A stretch of DNA of 64,000 bases from Oikopleura dioica (lineage: Eukaryota > Animalia > Chordata), in contig OU015569.1 in assembly GCA_907165135.1 (NCBI GenBank), forward strand, positions 1,054,001 to 1,118,000. The letters run 5' to 3'. A program made the position numbers and the translations under genes. How positions within the stretch are numbered: the first letter of the stretch is position 1; each line of letters begins with the position of its first letter. Below the pieces are notes generated by a model, which saw nothing but the letters and a program-made list of their open reading frames with translations, ran no database searches and was not told the DNA's origin. This document shows, one piece after another, positions 22,201-30,607 of the stretch.

Positions 22201-25200
22201 CACCATCGCCAGCGGGAGAACATCGTCCGCCGTTCTGAAAAAATCAATTACTCAAGTAGTCTGCCCAGTCCAAAATTCTCGGTGCACTTTTTAGCGGAAG
22301 TACTCGAGCTGCGAAAAGGGGCGATCACCCGATGACGCCCCGAGTCGGTGAGAATATCGGGCGATTCTGACCGGGGTATTAGTGACTGGAAGTAAATAAT
22401 CACCACTGTGTACCGGAAGCGAGCTCGTCCGGGAGCTCGTCGAGAGGCGGCCGAGCGAGTGGCCAGTCCGGCGAAGAGAGTCACTCGGCTCATTGAATTT
22501 GAACGGAGCTGCGCGCTCGTTCGATATCAAACGTTGGAGAGAGCTCACTCAATTGAGCTTTCTGCCAGCTTCTTTTGAATGAAAGAAAAGCCCAAGCGAG
22601 CAGCCACTTTCTCACGACATTGAAATCACTACAGAATAATAGCACTCTTTCTTCGCCCAACGCCCGCTATATCTCCTTTATAACCAGCTAGTAGGCTAAA
22701 TCTGTCTCGTAATTAGTTAGGATAATTCGAAGGGTTAGGCCGCTCGCCAATCTAAACAGATGAATTCCAGGCTTGGAACCACGAGTGGTTGCCCGGTCAA
22801 ATTGCGGACATCCGGTCACGACACTTTGTAACGCTTCGCTGTAAATACGCGTAATTGAACCGGAAAACTGGCGAAACTGGAAAAAGTCGAATTTTTTTTT
22901 CGCATAACGGAATTTATCAAATTTTTGTCGGAAATTTTCAATTTTTATTTCTTTTATTTCAATTTTTTTCCAAAAATTTAATTTCAAAAAGTTTGGCGTT
23001 TTGATGAAAATTCAAAATTGGCAAGTTCAAAATTGGCGTTTTACAAATTTTTATCGAAATCGGATTATAACTGCGCCCAACGCGGGGATTGACATTCCGC
23101 GCACGCCACACACTACTCGCCCGTTCCCACGCCACTGCCCAGTGCCCAGTAAACAAACTCTCGCTTTTCTCTTTTTCCATCCCCGTCCTGGCTAATGAGG
23201 AGTAACTGTGCATTCTTACCTTGCACGGAGTCAAGTCGCAGGAGTTGTTGGCGCGGCAGACGGCGGAGGAAGGTCCATTCGAGCAGATTTCGCCGGGAGA
23301 GCAGGGAGACGATGCACAGTAGTCCACTCGTTCGCAGCGATCGCCTGAAATTTTCGGTGAAAAACGAAAATTTATCGTCTCGAGTGGTTTTGGAGTTGGC
23401 CTGTTCGCGCTTTTGATACACCGCCTTTTTGCGCGATGCTCGACATGTTCTTAGCCCGAATAACAAATTTCATTCCCTAATCAACAAAATTTCATTTGCG
23501 TCATTGCCAAACCCTGCCAACTACACCTGTAGAGAGCTTAATTCAATAAAAACAAAAAAAAAAAGCGAAAAAAAATTTTATCGAAAAAGTATTTTTTCGA
23601 ATTTTTCAAATTCCATTTTCAAATACCGTATTCGACTCGCAGTAAACAGCCGTAAACATCCTTATCAAACCGAGCAAAAACGCATTCAAGTGGGACGAGC
23701 ACACAGGCCGAGCCACAAACACAAACACACGTGCACGAAATTCGAAATTCGCGTACTTGACCAGTATAAATCAAGTCATCTGGTAATCGAGTGTCAATTT
23801 AGCTAGATCGCCTAATAAATCTCCCGCCACTTTGTAGTTTCCCTACCTTCGAATCCGTGCTCGCACTGGCAAGCGTAGTGTTCCAGCGCGTCAGTGGTGC
23901 ACCTTCCATTTTCTCCACACGGGTCTTCGCGAGGCGAGGCTCCGCAGCCAAGTTCCAGCTGGCAGGAATCGCCACCCCAGCCGACCTTGCACTCACAATG
24001 AGCTTTAGGTTCTTTGGCTTTGATGGGATTCGACTCTGACATCGTGACGCGGCACTCGCCATGCCCAGAGCAGGATTCTTCAACGCATGGGTTCGGGAAC
24101 TCGCACTGGACACCGACGAAATCTTCTAGGCAGCTGAAAGAATATTTTTAATTTTTCCGCGAAATATTTAGCAAGAAAACCTATTCAAGAATCCGTATTT
24201 TTGGGTAGAACCAATTTTTGGAACAGATTTTTATGGAAAGGGTTTTGATTGGCCGGTAGGCGAAATACAGCAATCTTATTGGTAATCCAAAAATTCACTT
24301 CCAAAAATTGGTTTAGTCCGTATTTTTGGCACAAACCATGAAAAGGAAGTGAATTTTTGAAAGACCAATAAGATTGCTGGATTTAACCTACCGGCCAATC
24401 AAAACCCAGATCCAGAAATTCACTTCCTTTTCTTGGTTCTGCCCGTATTTTTAGGAAAGGACACAGAAGAGGTGATTCAGTATTTTGACTATCGCTGGAG
24501 AGAATTTATGAGCACTTCCCTGTCAGATAGATTAATGCTTATTTAAATAGACAAAAGTAAATCTTCGTTTTACGCGCAGAAGTTTTACGTGTCACGGAGC
24601 ATTTTTTTCCTGCGATTTTTCTTTTTATTAACTCTTGTGTATTTGTGCTTGGAAATTGTTCAAAGCTGGCGCGGGCTTAAAACTCTTGAGTAACTTAAGA
24701 AGAACCCTTCCGGATTAGGCGCAAGGGGTCCACGGGGGATTTTTGGGGGGCCCGATTGAAAATCTCCTAATCCAGCCGAGCCAGCTGTGAATAACTGGGT
24801 TCTGTTTATCTAAATTTGCTTTGCGCTCAACGACTTTTTTTCGTCCAAGTTTTAGAAAATGAATCTACGCCTGAGATCTTTCAAATCCCAATATCGCAAA
24901 TAAGAAATAACCAACAACAAGATAAAATTCAATTTCAAGGGTTAGTTCGGAAAGTGTGTTTTTTCGCGAAAATATAAACAGCGAAAATGTATTTGTGCAA
25001 ATATTAACAGCAAGCCGTAAAACATTGACGATGGCATTTTCAACACGCGAAAATTCGAAACACATTAATCGCTGCGAAAATGTCAGGTACCCCAAAAATT
25101 GCAACACTCACTTGTGTGTGTTTAAATAAGAGGGGAAATGTCACAGCCTCAGCCGGATGTTGTACTATTGAGAATTTTGAGAATCGAGAATTTCGGTGAT

Positions 25201-25811
25201 TTTCGTGATTCATAAAAAGGCCTTTCTGAAGCTTCAAGCAACGTGGATCAGGAGAGAAAATCAAAAGGGGGAATTTACGAGTTTTGGGACGACGGGCGCA
25301 GTAAAAAAGTAATAAGCGGCGATTGTGCCAGCCGTTTAGGCGGAAACGCTTTCTTCCAGAATTATGGACACAAATCCGGGAATAAAAAGAGGCTGAATCG
25401 TATTTTAAAAATTAACGAAATTACTGGCTAATGATAAAGGAACTCGGGAGAGGATGATTGTGCGCTAGAATGCGATTTCGAGTGAGTCATTTCTTTCTTT
25501 TTTTGTTTGGGCATCAAAAAAAAATGAGAAATTTCATTTTGCAGGGTGACTAGGCCCGCTGGCTCAAGTAGGGCAGCGAAGCTTGTCACAAAAAAAAAGC
25601 AACAAAAAAGAAAAACTGTCGGTCCCAGGTCCGATTGACAGCCGCTAATAACACTCACTCAAACACAGCTTTTCGGAATTTTAAAAATCACTTACTGGCA
25701 AGTATAGGATTTTCCATTGAGCTGGCAGGTTCCATCGTTGTTGCAGGGATTGGGGGAGCAAGGTCCTGCCCAAGCCCCGATAGGCAACGCTATTGAAAGT
25801 AAAAACTTCAT
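13234..25811 (-). CDS. Notch: Notch receptor: signal peptide, 35 EGF repeats, 3 LNR, HD with furin site, TM, RAM, ankyrin repeats, PEST
   Basis: Start MKFLLSIALPIGAWA-GPC (ATG 25811); exons 25811-25696, 24133-23847, 23344-23220, 22233-21700, 20776-20417, 19730-19617, 19355-19240, 18872-16566, 16523-16356, 16265-14949, 14901-14394, 14349-13725, about 13676-13588, 13447-13234 (boundaries by eye); LNR repeats CRNLFNNGRCDKECNTEKCMFDGRDC; RHRR furin site; TM IPMVMTIGSLLLITTVVGVLV-NRKRKR; ANK ETPLHLAAR, GKSALHWAAEVNN, ETPLFLASREG; PEST LTPSPVSNPWSTPP. Confidence 0.97.
18971..23131. promoter_or_regulatory. Cluster of five high-affinity CSL/Su(H) consensus sites (CGTGRGAA) in Notch introns
   Basis: cgtgggaa 18971-18978, cgtgagaa 19942-19949, ttcccacg 21491-21498, ttctcacg 22609-22616, ttcccacg 23124-23131; all intronic. 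Function is inferred. Confidence 0.5.
24203..24444. mobile_element. Two related about 115-bp GG-ended MITEs in opposite orientation sharing one 8-bp target (Notch intron)
   Basis: gtattttt at 24195, 24320 and 24445; element 24203-24319 (gggtagaaccaatttttggaa...ttccaaaaattggtttagtcc) and 24328-24444; shared core ggttttgattggccggtagg...cagcaatcttattgg. Confidence 0.75.
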
Positions 25812-25843
25812 AGCTCTTCGCTCAAACTTTCTGTCTTCTTCAT
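25808..25843 (-). promoter_or_regulatory. 11-codon upstream ORF whose TGA overlaps the Notch ATG
   Basis: ATG AAG AAG ACA GAA AGT TTG AGC GAA GAG CTA TGA; the ATGA overlap is at 25811-25808. Presence in the mature 5' UTR is not shown. Confidence 0.4.
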
Positions 25844-26550
25844 AAGAGTAATCTCTGTTTTAGCAACTTTCGCGCTTTCTTTCTTTCTCTCTCTCTTCAA
25901 AAATTGTTCGTTCTAATCTCTGTTTTTGCTGTTACAGATTTCCCGGGCAGATTTGGGCTGTTATTTTCTTTGTCGTTGGGCCGCCCGATTTCTCCGTTGG
26001 TGGGAGGGGGCTCAGCTCTGCTCCGCCACACGCACCGCTGGACGGCGCACTTTGTTCTTTGCGCGAACGCGAAAAAATCATTCCGCCAAAATGATTCGCT
26101 CATGCTCAATGTTAGCCGCCCTAACCCGAACTCACAACGGAAACATATTGTATTGAATTTGGGAGAAACGTTTTTGCTCGAGAGGAATAATTATTCATTT
26201 ATTCCAAAATTCATAAAATAAAATAAGTGCCGCAATATTGAAAGACGCCTGGGAACCCCTTAATTCATTCGATTCCATTATTTCTTTCGTTCTTTTTAAT
26301 TCGAGAACTTTCTATTATTTTTATTGGGAAAGTATTTCAACACTGAAATCCGCCACTTTTCCGACAAAAATTCAAACTCCTCTTAATCCTGAATACTTCG
26401 CTAGATTTTTTCCCAGGGAGCTCCTTATTTCAAAAATATTCAATTGTCGACACTATTGACTCAACACACGCAAAATCTCCAAAGTAGAAAAGTATAAATT
26501 CGTAATATAGAAATAAAAGCTTCGTAAAGCTTTTCTTCAGCGGCGGGCTA

Positions 26551-26972
26551 GTCAAATACAAGGACGAAATAAATCAAGTTTGGACAATAGGAATCATTTT
26601 TTTAATCTGTTTTATTTTACTTTTATTTTTCAGATTCAGCGTTCTTCAAAAAAATCGCCCTTTGTAATACTACTGGGGCTCAGAGTTGCGAATTTGCTGA
26701 GCTGAGTGAGCTGAGCAGTCGCTCAGCTCAGCTCAACTACCTTAAAATAAAGGTCTGCTCAACTCAGCTCAGCTCAGTGAGCTCCGAAGTAGGCCAGCTC
26801 AGCTCAGCTCAGAGAAATTTTTACTCAGCTCAGCAAAAATAAAGCAAAATTTGCAACTCTGCTGGGGCTTCAAAATGCGCTGAATCTAATAAAAGTAAAA
26901 TAAAACAGGTATGAAAATTTAAACTCTTGAAATTCTTCCCGAACTTGATTTATTTCCTTCCAAGAAATTGAC
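26551..26972. mobile_element. Old degenerate foldback element split by a younger hAT-like MITE
   Basis: Left arm gtcaa...gaaataaatcaagtt...ctgttttattttacttttat...agattcagcg is the reverse complement of the right arm cgctgaatctaataaaagtaaaataaaacag...aacttgatttatttc...ttgac. Confidence 0.65.
26681..26861. mobile_element. hAT-like MITE with internal (GCTCA/TGAGC)n pentamers
   Basis: TIR cagagttgcgaattt / aaatttgcaactctg; perfect 8-bp TSD ctggggct (26673-26680, 26862-26869). Confidence 0.85.
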
Positions 26973-28496
26973 GGACGACTCGAAAGCGCAGGTTCTCCTC
27001 AGATCCAAGGAGTGAGGTCACGTGGCCGCCTTTTGAACTTCGGCCGACGAAAGGAAAACAGTTTGACTTGGATGTTTACCGTCAGCGGGATCGCCACTAA
27101 TTGGGCCGTTTCCACACTTCGCCTGGAGATCAACTGAGAAATTGAATTGAAAGATTCAGCAACTAGAAAAAGAAGAAGCACGATTTCGATTGATCTCCGA
27201 TTTCGCGCCAGTGAATAAATGAAGAAGGCAGCTGAGATAAATAAATAACCAAAAGCATAAACACAGACCTGTTTGCCGATAAATACGAATTGCATGAGGC
27301 GCAGGTTACGTTCAAAAGGAATCCAAAATCAAAAAAAATCTTCTTTTGTTTGAAACTTTTTTTGGCAAAAATGTCGAAGTCAGGACAGAAATTGATGCCA
27401 AAATCTGCATGGAAGTAAATACTGATTTGCACAATAAAAAAAGCGGATCAAAGCTGGCCGGCCTGGATCTGATTATTGAGCGATAGACGCCCCAGGTCTA
27501 CGAGGATCTAAGCAAATTCGATAGCTATCGGGAGCTATGAAATAGATCTTCTCACGAATTCCTCGAAATTCCTTCAGGCTTGCAATCGCAGCAACCGGCA
27601 TTTGAGCAGTTCCAAAACGCGGAAAACTGCGCCCGGAAGGAGCTGATTTGTGCGCGTTTTCGGTCGATCTGCCACGCGCAGAAGCTGATTGATGAGAAAA
27701 TCATTGCATTCCATTGTTCTCCGCGCTGGTGCACAAAAAAACGCTGCGCCATACAAAACCCCGAGGACCCTTCAGCAAAGTGCAAATATTCTCAAAACGG
27801 GCATCGCCGGATTATATCATCTCCAAAACTCTCTTTTTTGGGCAGGTAATTTTGAGCGATCAATAAAAAAGTAGCGTGGCCGCCCGCCGATCATCATCAA
27901 ATTCAAGCACTTTCGGATGGTCGTCTCATTTTCGGTAAAAACACTGGCAGGAAAAAATATTCAAAATCTCCTTTTCAAGTGGAGCTTGCGCCGCCGCCTT
28001 ATCAGTACCAGGTGCCTCCGTGCACCACCTTAAATCGGCGGCGCCCCTTTCAACTTTATTGCGCTTCAGTTATTGCCACAAACGCTAGAATCGAAACAAA
28101 CACTCACGAGTTATGAATTCTGCCGGCGCTAATACCAGAAAGGAAGCCACAGGTCGTCATTAGCACCAAGAAAAAGAGTCGGCTGGCGCGATAAAGCACC
28201 GCCTTCGCGCCCAAATTTCGCAGCGGATTAAGGGGATCTCCCTCAAAATTACAAAACTGTTATTTTCAAAAGCGTGAAATTATCCGTGTTTGTCTTTGAT
28301 TTTGCATCCAACACTCGAAAAAGCCCAGAAAAGTTTACAACTGCTACACACCAGGAGCTGCTCGTCAAATTTGTCATACCCTGGTGGCCAAAATTAGCCC
28401 AAATGAGCAGTGGCCGGAAGTGATCAATGTGGACGGAGTACCCGCCTGTCCGAAATAGGTTTCGGTCCTCGTCAATAGTCATACTTACCTTACTCG

Positions 28497-28714
28497 CTAA
28501 ACTCGGCAACCTGTGTAGAAAACCTGAGTCAGGGTCTGAGAGAGCTGAAATTGAAAGCCGCGCAGCGGCTTTTTTAAAAACGAAGCCGCGAAGCGGCTTC
28601 GCTAGAGTATTTTTATACATTGTAATGGTAATATTCGCGAAGCCGCTGCGCGGCTTTTCATTTCAGCTCTTTCATACCCTGACTCAGGTTTTCTACACAG
28701 ATTGCCAAGCCCAG
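28497..28714. mobile_element. hAT-like palindromic MITE family B, copy 1
   Basis: TIR ctaaactcggcaacctgtgtagaaaacctgagtcaggg / ccctgactcaggttttctacacagattgccaagcccag; TSD cttactcg/ctcactcg. Confidence 0.85.
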
Positions 28715-29174
28715 CTCACTCGAGAAGTACTCGAAAATTACTACACATCATAAAATATAATAATTTAATATAATAATAATTTATTTTTTGGCGAAATCTA
28801 CCCATACAAGGCAGTTTCATTTCGGTAATTTAACACCTCTTTATGAGATATTTGTTATGCCTTGACCCTCAATTCGAAAACTTCACAATCGTAGGCAACA
28901 TTTCCTAGTACTCTGCCACGGAAACTCCACCTGAATCGGAGACTGAGAAACGAGAATAAATTGAGATTCTACTTGAAGTCAAGGTGTGAGATCCAAAAGG
29001 TTTTCGCTTCATTGTCCGCAAGGCTTTGAGTCATCAAGTGATCCCCAAGAGGGCCCGCTCAGAGAAAAATCGACCAGTAGCATCGATCACAGACCAGATC
29101 CCAGATCGCTGGCTTTCTAGAACTCAAATAATGAGTTAGACAATCATAAATGACGAGAGAGCCGAGAGAGTGAA

Positions 29175-30445
29175 ATGCGCAAGAGAAAGTTCAACCGAAG
29201 ATATTTTCCACACATTCTTCTCGGCTCATTTTTTCTGAGCTGCTTTGTTGTTCTCAATTATGTAAGTTCCATCCCATTTATTTTAAATTATTTATCATTT
29301 TATCCATTTACGAAGCTTCTCTGAAGACATAGAAGAGTACCAGAAAAGAGATCTTTTAAATGAAAACGTATTTTAGGATTATGTTTCTTCTTTTGAGAAG
29401 CAGAACTATTACCAAATTGTGGATGGCGAATGCACTGCAGAGTTTATGCCAACAACTTGGCGTAGTAACTTTTTAGCCGGCAAAAAGTGGCATGTTGGCC
29501 ATTTGAAAATACCTAGGTGAGATATCGACGAAGCCCTTGCACAAATTTCTAGCTCTAGAAATCTTTTAGTTGCCCAAAAGGAGAGACGCGACTTACAGTG
29601 ATCATCAAAACTGCCATATCGAACCATGAAAGCCGAGATATTCTTCGAAATTACTATCTGAAAGTCAAAAGAAAACTGCGAGAAGAAAATGGTATCGAGT
29701 TGAGTCACTTTTTCGTCGTCGGTTACCGAGAAGATTCAACTGTTGAGGAAAAAGCTAGAAATTTTTGAGCTAGAATTTGTTACAGTTTGAGCCAGTTTAT
29801 TAGTAGCTCGCGAAAGAACGCTGACGATATTATTATTGGGAATTTCGAGGATACTTATGCGAACTTGCCCTACAAAACAAAAGCGGCTTACGAGTACTTT
29901 ACTTTATGCGAAAACAAGGAAGAGAACCAGAACGAGCAAAGTACGCTTATCATCCACGACGATGATACTTGGGTGAATGTTGTCGAGATAGTGAAATTTT
30001 TTGAACTTGGAAAAAGTGGACTTCCTTACAATGAGCTCTACGGGAACCACCGCCTCGAAGTTTCCGTCGAAAACTATTGGATGGACGAAAAGGGCTTCGA
30101 TATCAACGAAGAAATCTGGCCCTATTCCTTTTGGCCAAATTACATCAGTGGACCTTGCGTAATTATGTCTTCAGTGGCAGCTAAGAAGATCTCTTCGTCG
30201 GCCAGGTTCGTTGGTTAAATGTTTCTTCAGTTAATCATAAATTAAGTGAGTTTGATATAATTCCGCAAATACCTGTCGAAGACGCTGTGTACACTGGAAT
30301 CTTGCGAGTAAAGAACTGCCTCAAACTAGGAAGATTGGGATGGCTCTATAACAATCATCAAAAATACTGTGTTCATACGGAAAATCAGATTGAAAAACTC
30401 CAAGCAAAAATTGATAAAACTTTATCATCCTTGAACCTTCTATAA
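29175..30445 (+). CDS. GT31-family glycosyltransferase (beta-1,3-galactosyltransferase-like), type II membrane protein
   Basis: MRKRKFNRRYFPHILLGSFFLSCFVVLNY anchor; LTVIIKTAISNHESRDILR; HFFVVG; IIIGNFEDTYANLPYKT; IIHDDDTWVN (DxD); WPNYISGPCVIMS; IPVEDAVYTG; stop TAA 30443-30445. Confidence 0.85.
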
Positions 30446-30607
30446 TTTAAAATTAAATAAAGAATACATTGTGCCAATCGCTTTCGCATTTTATTTGTTA
30501 GGAAGAATATGCTTTTCATTAGGAAATGTCGATTCAAGAGGTAGAAAGAGGCGCTCTTAGGTCAACAATCTCCTCTTCTTCATGTGGAATGGCGTCTTCT
30601 TCTTTTT

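Noticed and set aside
24712-24775. Short G-rich stretch bounded by ggattagg/cctaatcc
   Set aside because: Only 8-bp inverted match and three long G-runs; too little to call an element or G4.
26700-26835. Regularly spaced GCTCA repeats and MITE palindromes as a CRISPR-like array
   Set aside because: Eukaryotic context, no constant repeat-spacer periodicity, and they are bounded by TIRs and a TSD.
27552-27874. Overlapping 60-90 aa ORFs on both strands upstream of Notch
   Set aside because: Neither strand could be linked into a gene model and no domain is recognisable.
28481-28490. atacttacct identical to the U1 snRNA 5' end
   Set aside because: The match ends after 10 nt; better explained as the reverse complement of a splice donor.
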